Part shown: positions 19,352-28,614 of the stretch, piece after piece
Layout of the letters: the number at the start of each line of letters is the position of its first letter
Numbering within the stretch: the stretch's first letter is position 1
DNA from: Acidimicrobiales bacterium
GTDB lineage: Bacteria; Actinomycetota; Acidimicrobiia; Acidimicrobiales; SZUA-35
Assembly (NCBI GenBank): GCA_020630195.1
Contig: JAHDBV010000004.1
Span: 6,990 to 70,989, forward strand
Direction: 5' to 3'
Length of the DNA stretch: 64,000 bases
The notes under the pieces: model-generated
What the model saw: only the letters and a program-made list of their open reading frames with translations
The model's database searches: none
What the model was told of the DNA's origin: nothing
Translations under genes and position numbers: made by a program

Positions 19352-20053
19352 CTAGGCAGTGTCGAGCTTGCGGAATCCTTCGGCCAGGCGGCCATCGTCG
19401 AATCCGGCGGTGGCCGCCATGCCCTTGCCCCAGTCGTGCATCAGGGTGCGGATGCGTTCCGGGTCGGAGATCTGCGACTCGTGTGAGACGAGCGCCTCGA
19501 TCTTGGCGTCGAAGGCGTCGGTGATGTCGACGAAGGTGTCGGCGTCGGGCCCACCGACGAGCCAGACCTCGGGCACCGCATGGGGCTCGAGCCCCTCGTC
19601 GTCGAGCAGACTCGGGAACGCGAACGGGTTCCGGGCATCGGGGTAGACCGCACACAGTGCCGCCTCACCGGTGGCGGTGTGGTCGGGGTGGGAGCCGTAG
19701 ATCCGGTCGAGGTTCCGGGTCGGCTGCTGGGTCACCACCCGATCGGGGCGCACCACCCGGATCACCCGGGAGATCGCTTCACGCAGCGCGAGGTTCGCTT
19801 CCACCGCACCGTCGGCGAACCCCAGCCAGTGGATCTCGGTCACGCCGACCCGTTCGGCCGCGGCGGTCTGTTCGGCTCGACGGATCCGGGCCATCTCGTC
19901 CCGTGGCATGTTCCGATCGGAGCCTCCGGCCTGGCCGTCGGTGACGATGCAGTAGACGACCTCGTCGCCCGCGGCGACCCAGGTGGCGGTCGATCCGGCA
20001 CAGCCGAAATCGAGATCGTCGGGGTGGGCGGCGACGGCGAGGATCTTGGCCAT
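19352..20053 (-). CDS. PIG-L (LmbE) family deacetylase
   Basis: ATG at 20053 (MAKILAVAAHPDDLDFGCAG), with the AHPDD motif and a later HPDH motif. The long N-terminal extension in the ORF track is not protein-like. Confidence 0.85.
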   Translation of the reverse strand: MAKILAVAAHPDDLDFGCAGSTATWVAAGDEVVYCIVTDGQAGGSDRNMPRDEMARIRRAEQTAAAERVGVTEIHWLGFADGAVEANLALREAISRVIRVVRPDRVVTQQPTRNLDRIYGSHPDHTATGEAALCAVYPDARNPFAFPSLLDDEGLEPHAVPEVWLVGGPDADTFVDITDAFDAKIEALVSHESQISDPERIRTLMHDWGKGMAATAGFDDGRLAEGFRKLDTA

Positions 20054-20100
20054 GGGCGTGACGGTACCGCCCCGCTTCCGGCCGCCCGGAGTCCGGGGAG

Positions 20101-20159
20101 GACCCGACAACGGCACAACATGTATAGCACTTGTCTTAGAATTGGTATAGGACAGATGC
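20101..20159. promoter_or_regulatory. AT-rich divergent promoter region between the PIG-L and TauE genes
   Basis: This is the lowest-GC stretch of the window (ACAACATGTATAGCACTTGTCTTAGAATTGGTATAGGACAGATGC). It has a -10-like TAGAAT at 20137-20142 and two GTATAG direct repeats. Confidence 0.4.
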
Positions 20160-20891
20160 ATGGGCATCGAACTGGTCGTCATCGCCGTCGCCGCCTTCGT
20201 CACCGCGGTCATGTCGGCCGTGGCCGGCTTCGGCGGGGGGCTCGTGCTCCTCGTCGTGCTCGTGCAGTTCCTCGATCCGGTGGAAGCCGTGCCCGTCCAC
20301 GGCGCGATCCAGATCGCCTCCAACGCCAGCCGAGCCCGACTGCTGCGGGAGCACATCGATCGTCGCATCGTCGCCCACCACGCCGTGCTCCTGATCCCCG
20401 GCGGCATCGTCGGTCTCGCCATCGCCGACCGGCTGCCGCGGGAGATCGGCCGGGCCCTCATCGGTGTGTTCGCCCTCATCCTCGGGTGGCGTCCGAGCCT
20501 GATCACACCCCGCCTCGATCGACCGGTGCCGCCGCGGTGGTTCCTCTGGGTCGGGGGCTTCCAGGGCGTGATCAACATGCCCCTCGGCGCCACGGGTCCG
20601 CTGATCTCCCCCTTCTTCCGATCGGCGGTCGAGGGGCGTCACGCGATGGTGGCGACCTTCGCCACCTCCCAGGTGGTGGGCCACGTCGTGAAGGTGGCGA
20701 TCTTCGGGGGCGCCGGCTTCGCGTTCGGCGACTTCTGGGCGGTGATCCTCGCCGGCGCGGCAGCCGTCACGGCCGGGTCGTTCGTGGGTACCCGGATCCT
20801 CGGGCGCGTGTCGGAGGCCCAGTTCGGCTGGATCTTCCGGATCGTGCTCACCGTGACGGCCCTCCGGCTCGTCATCGGGCTCCTCGCCTGA
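20160..20891 (+). CDS. TauE/SafE (DUF81) family anion exporter
   Basis: 243 aa with 7-8 TM segments and a family-typical N-terminus (...AFVTAVMSAVAGFGGGLVLLVVL). Confidence 0.8.
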   Translation: MGIELVVIAVAAFVTAVMSAVAGFGGGLVLLVVLVQFLDPVEAVPVHGAIQIASNASRARLLREHIDRRIVAHHAVLLIPGGIVGLAIADRLPREIGRALIGVFALILGWRPSLITPRLDRPVPPRWFLWVGGFQGVINMPLGATGPLISPFFRSAVEGRHAMVATFATSQVVGHVVKVAIFGGAGFAFGDFWAVILAGAAAVTAGSFVGTRILGRVSEAQFGWIFRIVLTVTALRLVIGLLA

Positions 20892-20897
20892 ACGGGA

Positions 20898-21134
20898 TCA
20901 GGCCCGGGTGCGTCCGCTCCGGCGTCGGGGCGACGGTGGGGCCTTCGGGCTCGCCATGGGCGCGGCCGACGGATGCCGGCGACGGGCCCGGCCGGTGCGC
21001 AGCGATCGGCGTGCCGCGGCCACACCGCGACGGCCGGTGCTGCGGGTGTCGTCGTCGACCCACCACTCGGGTCGTTCCTCGAAGAGGCGTGGCTGTTCGA
21101 CGTCGGGGCTGGTGGTCGGATCTCGACGCTCCAT
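20898..21134 (-). CDS. Hypothetical small protein (acidic N-terminal half, Arg-rich C-terminal half)
   Basis: The only ORF in this ~480-bp gap with GC3-rich codon usage. There is no family match and the RBS is weak. It may be non-coding. Confidence 0.25.
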   Translation of the reverse strand: MERRDPTTSPDVEQPRLFEERPEWWVDDDTRSTGRRGVAAARRSLRTGRARRRHPSAAPMASPKAPPSPRRRSGRTRA

Positions 21135-21380
21135 GTGGAGAGTCTTCCGCCTGCAGCAGGCCCGTCGTCAGGGTCGAAGGACCCGGATTCGACGCGCAGG
21201 GTGAGCTGACTCCGATCCGCGGTGGTCCCCTGCGGTCGGGGATGGGCCGGGTCCCGCTGAGGGCGAGCAGCCGGCCCCCGGCTCGACGATCCGAGCCGGT
21301 ACGCCAGCGCGCACGGTCGGATTCCCGATCCGGGTCCTTCGTCACTGTGCAGGCGCCTCGGTCCTCATCATCCTCCGGAC

Positions 21381-22112
21381 ATGACCATCCCTCCCACCAC
21401 CGATCCTGACCGTCCCGGCGAAGGCCCTCCCCTCGAGCTCTCGGCCAGCGGGGACGTGCCGGACGGAGCCGGGGACCACGTGGAGGAGGCGCTCGACCGG
21501 GCGCTGACACCGGTGGCTCGTCAGGTGCGATCCCGTGCGGCGAGACTCGTCGTCGACGAGCGGCATGGTCCGCCCCACCGATGCCGGTGCAGGGTCACCG
21601 TGCGGCTGCGGGGGCGCACGCTTCGAGCCGAAGCCGTGCACGAGCATCTCGACGGTGCGATCGACCTCGCGACGACGAGGATCCGACAGCAGGTCGAGCA
21701 TCTGCGGCGATCGCCGCGGGAGCGGGCGCCGTTGCCCCCTCCTCCCCGGCGTCCGTCCCTACGTCCGCTCGACGGAGGCGAGCTCGTCCGTCGGAAGTCG
21801 TTCACGACCCGGCTCACCGATCTGGAAGAGGCGCGTTTCGACGCCGATCTCCTCGGCCACGACTTCTTCTTGTTCACCGATGCGACGACGCGCGAGACCC
21901 GCCTGCTCGACCGGACCGCCGAGGACGAGGTGGTGCACGAGCTGGCCGATGCTCCGCGGATCGGGCTCGAGGAAGCCCGGTTCCGCCTGCGTGAGGCGGC
22001 GGTGCCGTTCGTGTTCTTCAAGACCGACGAGTTCCCGACCGGAGCGGTGGTCTACGCCCGTCTCGACGGCAACGACGGGTTGCTGGAGCCCCGGGGCCTG
22101 GAGCCGAGATGA
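21381..22112 (+). CDS. HPF/RaiA-family ribosome-associated protein with duplicated S30AE C-terminal-like domain
   Basis: The N-terminal half resembles the HPF core. The C-terminal half contains RRKSF...LEEARFDADLLGHDFFLFTD... and a second copy, IGLEEARFRLREAAVPFVFFKTDE...VVYARLDGNDGLLEP. The stop overlaps the next gene's ATG (ATGA at 22109-22112). Confidence 0.7.
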   Translation: MTIPPTTDPDRPGEGPPLELSASGDVPDGAGDHVEEALDRALTPVARQVRSRAARLVVDERHGPPHRCRCRVTVRLRGRTLRAEAVHEHLDGAIDLATTRIRQQVEHLRRSPRERAPLPPPPRRPSLRPLDGGELVRRKSFTTRLTDLEEARFDADLLGHDFFLFTDATTRETRLLDRTAEDEVVHELADAPRIGLEEARFRLREAAVPFVFFKTDEFPTGAVVYARLDGNDGLLEPRGLEPR

Positions 22113-23044
22113 CACTCGTCGTCTCCCGTCTCCGACGCAGTTTCGGCGATCGCGTGGCCGTCGATGATCTGTCGTTGCGGATCGACGATGGTGAGCGGTA
22201 CGGCCTGCTCGGCCCGAACGGCGCGGGCAAGACCACGGCCATCTCCATGATCTGCGGACTGCTGCGGCCCGACGCCGGCCGGATCATGGTCGGAGATCGG
22301 GAAGTGACGACCGACGCGGTCGAGGCGAGGCGCGAGATCGGCTTCGTGCCGCAGGAGATCGCCGTGTACGGCGATCTGACGGCGGCGGAGAATCTCCGGC
22401 TGTTCGGTCGCCTCCACGGATCGCGGGGTGCCGAACTCGATCGCCGTGTCGCCGAAACGCTCGAACTGCTGGGGCTCGCCGGCAGGGCGCACGATCGGGC
22501 GGAGACCTTCTCGGGAGGGATGCAGCGCCGGTTGAACATCGGCATCGGGTTGCTGCATCGTCCGAGCTTGCTGGTGCTCGACGAACCGACGGTGGGGGTC
22601 GATCCGCAATCCCGCAATGCCATCCTCGACGCCGTCGAGCGGCTTGCAGCCGACGGCATGTCGCTGCTCTACACCACGCACTACATGGAGGAGGCCGAGC
22701 GGTTGTGTGACCGGGTCGGGATCCTCGACGAGGGCGTGATGATCGCAGAGGGTTCCCGGCGGGAGCTCGTGGCCGAGCTCGGCCAACTCGACCGGCTCCG
22801 ACTCTCGCTGGATCGTCCGGTCGACGAGGAGGTGATCCGCTCTGCGCCCGGTGTCGCCGATGCCGTGTTCGATGGGGTGAACGGCGAGGTCTCGGTCGAC
22901 GATGCTCGCCATCGCCTCACGGCCCTCCTCGCCGCCATCGCCGACCAGGGGGCGGCCGTCCGGTCGGTCGAGGTGATCGAACCCGACCTGGAGGCCGTGT
23001 TCCTCCACCTGACGGGCCGAGCACTCCGCGATGGTGGGGCATGA
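22109..23044 (+). CDS. ABC transporter ATP-binding protein (DrrA/ABC-2 type)
   Basis: Walker A GPNGAGKTT, signature FSGGMQRRL, Walker B LLVLDEPTVGVD. Confidence 0.95.
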   Translation: MTLVVSRLRRSFGDRVAVDDLSLRIDDGERYGLLGPNGAGKTTAISMICGLLRPDAGRIMVGDREVTTDAVEARREIGFVPQEIAVYGDLTAAENLRLFGRLHGSRGAELDRRVAETLELLGLAGRAHDRAETFSGGMQRRLNIGIGLLHRPSLLVLDEPTVGVDPQSRNAILDAVERLAADGMSLLYTTHYMEEAERLCDRVGILDEGVMIAEGSRRELVAELGQLDRLRLSLDRPVDEEVIRSAPGVADAVFDGVNGEVSVDDARHRLTALLAAIADQGAAVRSVEVIEPDLEAVFLHLTGRALRDGGA

Positions 23045-24156
23045 CGGCGCTGTTCGTGGTGGCGTTCGCCGACCTGCGTCGGTTCGTCCGGAGCCGCTCC
23101 GTGCTGGTCTTCGCGGTGCTCGCGCCGCTGGCGATCATGGGAGCCTTCGCGGCCACGATCGGTTCCGCGTTCGGCTCGATCGGCGTCCCCGATCTCGTGG
23201 TCGTGGAGCAGGACGGCGACCCGCTGCTTGGGCCGCTCGTCGACGGACTCCGTGACGAGGGGTTCGAGGTGCTCACCGTGGTCGACGACCCGGATCTGGC
23301 TCGAACCCTCGTCGAAGACGGCACCCACGACGCCGCACTTCTCCGCGCTCCGGATGCTGCGTCCGACGAGATCGAGTTGCTCGTGCTCGGCAACACCGAC
23401 AGCAGCGCCGAGTTGTCCGTCGGCGTCGCCGAGGTGCTCGCACGCCGCGCCGCCGCCGCCATCGCGACCGCACAGGCGCTGGACGCCCTCGACGCCCCTG
23501 CGGGAACGACCCTGCCGGCGTCCTCGTTCGTCGTGGTGGAGGAGCAGGCCCCGGCGCGAGTCCTGCTCGACGAGACCTACTTCGCGGTCGGGACAGCCGG
23601 GTTCTTCCTCTGCATGGCGGCCGTGTCGGTGGCGGCGACCATGCACGAGGACCGGGCGAACGGCACCCTCGGACGACTTCTGATGGCCCCGGTCGGTCGG
23701 GAGCTTCCCGTGCTCGCGAAAGCCGTGGCGTGTGGCGTCGTGGTGGCGCTGGCCTTCACGACGCTCCATCTCGGCTCCGTGGTGTTCCTCGGTGCCGACT
23801 GGGGCCCGATCGCCGGCGTCGCCCTGCTCGGGGGTGCGTTGGTGATCACCGCCGTCGGGCAGGCGATGGCCATCACCACCGTGGCGGTGAGCCAGCACGC
23901 CGCGGGTGCGATCGGCACCGCGCTGAACACCGCATGGGCGGTCTTCGGTGGCGTGTTCCTCGTCATCCCGAGGACCGGGTTCCTGAACACCCTCTCCCGG
24001 TTCTCCCCGTTCCGTTGGTTACTCGACGGTGTCGGGGTCAACGCCGGTGTCGGCTTCGGTGCCGAGGTGGTGGTCCACGCCGGCGGCGTCGCGAGCTTCG
24101 GGCTCGTCGCTGCAGCGGTCGCCGCCTCCCGTCGGCGGGAGGTCCGGGCCGGATGA
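23041..24156 (+). CDS. ABC-2 type transporter permease
   Basis: It has an N-terminal TM, a ~150-aa external loop and a C-terminal 5-TM bundle. It overlaps both neighbours by 4 nt. Confidence 0.85.
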   Translation: MTALFVVAFADLRRFVRSRSVLVFAVLAPLAIMGAFAATIGSAFGSIGVPDLVVVEQDGDPLLGPLVDGLRDEGFEVLTVVDDPDLARTLVEDGTHDAALLRAPDAASDEIELLVLGNTDSSAELSVGVAEVLARRAAAAIATAQALDALDAPAGTTLPASSFVVVEEQAPARVLLDETYFAVGTAGFFLCMAAVSVAATMHEDRANGTLGRLLMAPVGRELPVLAKAVACGVVVALAFTTLHLGSVVFLGADWGPIAGVALLGGALVITAVGQAMAITTVAVSQHAAGAIGTALNTAWAVFGGVFLVIPRTGFLNTLSRFSPFRWLLDGVGVNAGVGFGAEVVVHAGGVASFGLVAAAVAASRRREVRAG

Positions 24157-25256
24157 TCGCGATCTCGGCCACGATCCTCCGTCGATACTTCCGGGACCGA
24201 TCGAACCTGTTCTTCGTCTTCGTCCTGCCGTTCGTGATCATCCTGCTCGTCGGGGTGTCCGCCGGCTCCTCACTCGAGACCGAGATCGGGGTGGTCGGTG
24301 CGCGGACGCCGACCGGCCAGATCGTGCTCGAGGAGCTCGGGTCCGACGATCTGCGGTTCTTCGACGGTGACGCCGCGATCTCCGACGCGACACGAGCCGT
24401 CGGTACGGGCCGGCTCGCCGGAGCCATCGTGTTCCCCGAGCGGCTCGCGGACCCCATCGAGTACGTCCGCCTGCCCGGATTCGGCAGCGATGGTGCGGCA
24501 CGACTCGACGATGCCGTGGAGCTCGTCAACGCTCGCGCCGGTCTCCGTGCGGTGGCCCGCGATCTCGGTCGCGAGGCCGAGGCGGCGGACGTGGCCGCCG
24601 CCGGTGTGACGATGCCGATGGTGCGGACCGAGCGGATCGGCGACGACCTCTGGGGTGGGCTCGACGACTCGGCCTCGGCCGCGCTGACCCAGACGGTCCT
24701 GTTCACCTTCCTCGCCGGGCTCACCGCGTCGGTCCTCCTCGTCGAGGATCGGGCGTCGGGGATCTCCCGCCGGCATCTGACCGCGCCGGTGCCGACCTGG
24801 CGGATCGTCGCCGGCGAGATCGTCGGACGATTGTTGATCACCACGGCCCAGGCGGCACTCATCGTCGTGGCCACGGCCGTGTTCTTCGATGTCGACTGGG
24901 GTGATCCGTTCGCAACCGGCGCTGTCGTGGTGCTGTTCGCCGCGGTGGCGGCGTCCTGCTCGGTGCTGCTGGGTTCGATGGTCCGCCGACCGGAGTCGGC
25001 GACGGCCATCGGGGTCACGGCGGCGCTCGTGCTCGCGGCGCTCGGTGGTGCCATGGCACCGATCGAGATCTTCCCGCCGACGATGCAGGTGATCGCCCGA
25101 TTCACGCCGCACTTCTGGGCGATCGACGCACTCACCGTCACGATGGCCGGCGGTGGCATCGGCGATGTCGCGGCGGAGCTCGGGGTGTTGCTCGCCGTCA
25201 CCGCCGCGCTGCTCGGTACCGCGGCGGTCGTCCGACGTCGCCTGTTGACGAGATGA
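24153..25256 (+). CDS. ABC-2 type transporter permease (second subunit)
   Basis: The ATG at 24153 overlaps the upstream stop (ATGA). It has the same topology as the preceding permease. N-terminus MIAISATILRRYFRDRSNLFFVFVLPF. Confidence 0.85.
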   Translation: MIAISATILRRYFRDRSNLFFVFVLPFVIILLVGVSAGSSLETEIGVVGARTPTGQIVLEELGSDDLRFFDGDAAISDATRAVGTGRLAGAIVFPERLADPIEYVRLPGFGSDGAARLDDAVELVNARAGLRAVARDLGREAEAADVAAAGVTMPMVRTERIGDDLWGGLDDSASAALTQTVLFTFLAGLTASVLLVEDRASGISRRHLTAPVPTWRIVAGEIVGRLLITTAQAALIVVATAVFFDVDWGDPFATGAVVVLFAAVAASCSVLLGSMVRRPESATAIGVTAALVLAALGGAMAPIEIFPPTMQVIARFTPHFWAIDALTVTMAGGGIGDVAAELGVLLAVTAALLGTAAVVRRRLLTR

Positions 25257-25281
25257 CTCCGGCTCTCGGCTCCCGGCGCGG

Positions 25282-26216
25282 ATGCGCCCTCTAGGGTCGG
25301 TGGCCGTGCGACCGTCGGCGATCTGCTCACGAGGGTTGACCTTCGAGTACGCCCCGGGGTCGGGGCCATCGACCTCGATCTCGAGGTGCCCGCCGGAGCG
25401 GTCTATGGGTTCCTCGGTCCGAACGGTGCCGGCAAGTCGACTGCGATGCGGCTGCTGTGCGGCCTCGTGCGGGCCCAGCGGGGGGACGTCGAGGTGCTCG
25501 GACTCGACCCCTGGCACGACGCCGCCGAGGTACACGACCGGATCGGTGTGCTCGCCTCGGACCAGCCCGCTCCCCGGCACCACACCGGCGCGTCCCTGTT
25601 GGGCCTGATCGCCCGACTCCGCCGTCGACCCGAGGTGGCCCGGCGCGGGCGGGAGCTCGCGGAACGCCTCGAACTCGATCTGGGCAAACGGGGCCACGAG
25701 CTCTCGCTCGGGAATCGCCAGAAGCTCGGGCTCGTGCTCGCCTTGGCGCACGACCCCGAGCTGGTGATCCTCGACGAGCCCTCGAGCGGTCTCGATCCAC
25801 TGCTGCAACGCGAGATCCGGTCGATGCTCCGCGAGATCGTGCGAGACGGCCGAACCGTCATGCTGTCGTCGCACTCGATGCCCGAGGTCGAGGCCGTCGC
25901 CGATGTCGTCGGGTTCATCCGTGGCGGTCGGCTGGTGGTGCAGGCACCCCTCGCCGAGATCGCCGATCGGGCGGTTCGGCGGCTCTCCCTCCGGTTCGCG
26001 ACGACGGTCGATGTGGCGAGGTTCGTCGAGCTCGAGTCGGTGATCGAGCTCGACGTGGACGACGACGGTCTCGGGGTGCACGTGATCCATCGCGGGTCGG
26101 TCTCTCCGGTGCTCGAGGTGGCGGCCAACCTCGAGGCGCAGACGATCGAGGCGAGCCCCGCCGATCTCGAAGCGACGTTTCTCGCGCTCTACCGGGGCGA
26201 GGAGCCTCGCCCGTGA
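25282..26216 (+). CDS. ABC transporter ATP-binding protein, apparently frameshifted near 25355-25367
   Basis: The family-typical N-terminus (RGLTFEYAPGSG) is in the frame of the ATG at 25282. The continuation (AIDLDLEVPAGAVYGFLGPNGAGKST, LSLGNRQKL, LVILDEPSSGLD) is in the frame of the ORF 25386..26216. The switch falls in a CCCCGGGGTCGGGGCC run. Confidence 0.75.
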
Positions 26217-26995
26217 TCGCACTCACCGCCGATCTCGTGCGGTCCCGCCGTGTTCTGCTGGGTGGAGTCGGCCTCGCGCTGGTCGCGATCGCCGTGGGGT
26301 ACCTGGCCCTCTATCCGAGCCTCGAGGAGCAACTGGCGAACATGGCGGCCGATCTGCCCGATGTCTACCGGGCGTTGTTGGGTGACGTCGATCTCGCGAG
26401 TCCGACCGGTTACATCCGAAGCCAGGTGTACAGCCTGCTCGGCCCGCTCCTCGTCGCCGGTGGGTGCATCGCCGCCGGGTCGAGCCTCGCACGGGCCGAG
26501 CGAGATCGGACGCTGGCCGTCATGGTCGTGACGCCGCTCGGACGGCGTCGGGTCGCCGCCGCCTGGGCGGGGTTCGTCGTCGTCGCCGCCCTGCTCGCCG
26601 GTGTGGCGATCGTGGTGGGCGTGACCCTCGGAGCACCGTTGGCGGGAACACCGGTGTCCCTGATGTCGACGCTCGGCGCCACGATCCCGGTCGTGGTGTT
26701 CGGTGTCGCAGCCGGCGCTGCGGCGCTTCTCGGTTCGGTGGCGACGGGATCACCCGGCGTCGCCACGGCGCTCGGGTGGTCCGTCGTCGTGTGGGGGTTC
26801 GTCTCCAACTCGATCTCGGAGCTGATCGTGTCCGCCTCGTGGCTCGCCTCCGTGAGCCCGTGGGCCTGGCACGGGTCGGGCCGGGGGATCGGCGGCCCCG
26901 TCGACGCCACGGGTCTCGTGCTCCTCACGACGATGTCGATCGTGCTGGTGACGGCGTCGGTCCACTGGTTCCAACGCCGGGACCTCCACGTCTGA
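26213..26995 (+). CDS. ABC-2 type transporter permease
   Basis: The GTG at 26213 overlaps the ATPase stop (GTGA). It has 6 predicted TM helices. The rest of the 512-aa ORF upstream is an off-frame shadow of the ATPase gene. Confidence 0.75.
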   Translation: MIALTADLVRSRRVLLGGVGLALVAIAVGYLALYPSLEEQLANMAADLPDVYRALLGDVDLASPTGYIRSQVYSLLGPLLVAGGCIAAGSSLARAERDRTLAVMVVTPLGRRRVAAAWAGFVVVAALLAGVAIVVGVTLGAPLAGTPVSLMSTLGATIPVVVFGVAAGAAALLGSVATGSPGVATALGWSVVVWGFVSNSISELIVSASWLASVSPWAWHGSGRGIGGPVDATGLVLLTTMSIVLVTASVHWFQRRDLHV

Positions 26996-27020
26996 GGCCG
27001 TCCCGGGCGTGGTGCGCGGC

Positions 27021-28277
27021 TCAGCCGAACGTGGGCTGTCGGGTGGTGGCGACCACCCGGGCCCAGACGTCGCCGTGCGGGTCGAGCTGGCGACGACGTC
27101 CGGTCGCCAGCTCGATCGGCAGGATCGTGGCGTGCCCGGACCAGTGTCCGATGACGACGTCGGTGAAGCCGGCGATCGCCGCATGGGCGGCGTCCTGGCC
27201 GAGTGCGGTGCAGAAGGCCGAGTCCTCCGCGTTCGCTCGACAGCCCCGGATCAGGTAGCTCGGATCGATGTAGCGGATCGAGGCCCCGGTGAGACGCCGA
27301 GCGAGTTCGTCGCGGAGATGGGCTCCGATGTCGCCCAACCGGGCGTTGCCCGACGCATCCCTGCCCTCGGTGGGGACGAGCTGTTGGCCGGCACCCTCGG
27401 CCACCGCGATCACGGCGTGACCCCGGGCGTCCAGGCGGCGATCGAGGTGCGCCACCAGTCCGGTCGGCCCCTCGAGCTCGAGGGGGATCTCGGGCACGAG
27501 GCAGACGTTGACGTCGGGGTCCGCGATCGTGGCCTGGGCGGCGATGAACCCGGAGTGTCGGCCCATCAACCGGACGATGCCCACCCCTCGATCCACCCCA
27601 CGGGCTTCGTCGTGGGCGACCTCGATCGCCTCGGTGGCACGTTGGACCGCGGTGATGAATCCGAAGGACCGTTCGATCCAGTCGATGTCGTTGTCGATCG
27701 TCTTCGGGACCCCGACGACGGCGAGGCGGAGGTCGCGACCCAGCGCTTCCCGGGCGATCGCCGAGGCGCCCCGGAGCGTGCCGTCGCCACCGATGCAGAT
27801 CAGGATCGAGACGCCGTCCGCGGCGAGGGTGTCGACCATCTCGGCGACGTCCTGTGGGCCCCGGCTCGAGCCGAGCAGGGTGCCGCCGTGCCGGTGGATC
27901 GCGTCCACGGCGTCATGGGTGAGCGCGATCGGCGCCGCTCGCCCGGTGGCGAGGCCCGCGAAGCCGTAGCGATAGCCGAGCACTTCTTCGACGCCGTGAT
28001 CGTGGCGAAGTGTCAACGTCACACTCCGGATCACGTCGTTGAGTCCCGGACACAGGCCGCCACAGGTCACGATGCCGGCCCGGACGCCCGTTGGCTCGAA
28101 GGCCCGGTCGGCGCGTCGTCCGGCGGGCACGAAGGTCGCCGTCGTCGCCTCCAGCTCCGCGTCGGTCCGTGCGACCAGCACAGCGGGCCGGTCGGTTCGG
28201 TCCTCGGCGAGACCCGGCAGACGGGTGGGTGTCGTCTGATGCGGTCGGAGCGGAGTGGTCGCCGGGCGTGTCGTCAT
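27021..28277 (-). CDS. 6-phosphofructokinase (PfkA family, ATP- or PPi-dependent)
   Basis: Motifs GIVTCGGLCPGLN, IGGDGT, PKTIDNDI and MGR over the full length. The start overlaps the stop of the upstream small ORF (ATGA). Confidence 0.9.
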   Translation of the reverse strand: MTTRPATTPLRPHQTTPTRLPGLAEDRTDRPAVLVARTDAELEATTATFVPAGRRADRAFEPTGVRAGIVTCGGLCPGLNDVIRSVTLTLRHDHGVEEVLGYRYGFAGLATGRAAPIALTHDAVDAIHRHGGTLLGSSRGPQDVAEMVDTLAADGVSILICIGGDGTLRGASAIAREALGRDLRLAVVGVPKTIDNDIDWIERSFGFITAVQRATEAIEVAHDEARGVDRGVGIVRLMGRHSGFIAAQATIADPDVNVCLVPEIPLELEGPTGLVAHLDRRLDARGHAVIAVAEGAGQQLVPTEGRDASGNARLGDIGAHLRDELARRLTGASIRYIDPSYLIRGCRANAEDSAFCTALGQDAAHAAIAGFTDVVIGHWSGHATILPIELATGRRRQLDPHGDVWARVVATTRQPTFG

Positions 28278-28513
28278 CCGACGGCGAGGAACAGGGTCTC
28301 GACCGTGGTGGTGGTCGTGGTGGTCTCGTCCACGAGATCGACGAGCCGTGGGTCGGGCAGACCGGCGATCCGCTGACGCACGATCATGTCGCGATCGTCG
28401 CCCATCACCCAGCCCTCGGGGAGCAGGCCGGCGACGATCGCCAACTCCTGGAGGTCACGGATGCGTTCGAAGAGAAGGGCTTCCATCTCGTGCCGTGTTG
28501 CGGTGGGAAGCAT
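28274..28513 (-). CDS. Hypothetical small protein (79 aa) translationally coupled to pfk
   Basis: ATG at 28513, with the stop overlapping the pfk ATG. Coding-like codon usage. It contains a Thr7 run. No family recognised. Confidence 0.45.
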   Translation of the reverse strand: MLPTATRHEMEALLFERIRDLQELAIVAGLLPEGWVMGDDRDMIVRQRIAGLPDPRLVDLVDETTTTTTTVETLFLAVG

Positions 28514-28614
28514 GGGCTGACCTTTCGTCATGTTGGGTCGGATGGGTCGGTGGACCGTCCCGTTGTCATGGTCGCCTGCATCGGCTGGTGTCGACAGGGT
28601 CTTCGGTCCTTGCG

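Noticed and set aside
19580-21409. 609-aa plus-strand ORF covering the PIG-L gene, the AT-rich promoter and the TauE gene
   Set aside because: It is an off-frame or antisense shadow. It reads through a clear promoter region and is dominated by Arg/Pro/Gly. The recognised PIG-L (minus) and TauE (plus, other frame) products explain the region.
25386-26216. GTG at 25386 as the true start of the ABC ATPase
   Set aside because: It leaves only 12 residues before the Walker A loop. The missing N-terminal beta-strand sequence is clearly encoded upstream in another frame, so a frameshift is the better explanation.
24038-26222. 443-aa and 650-aa minus-strand ORFs opposite the ABC-2 permease and ATPase genes
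   Set aside because: They are antisense shadows. The Walker A/B and signature motifs, and the TM-helix periodicity, are only on the plus strand.
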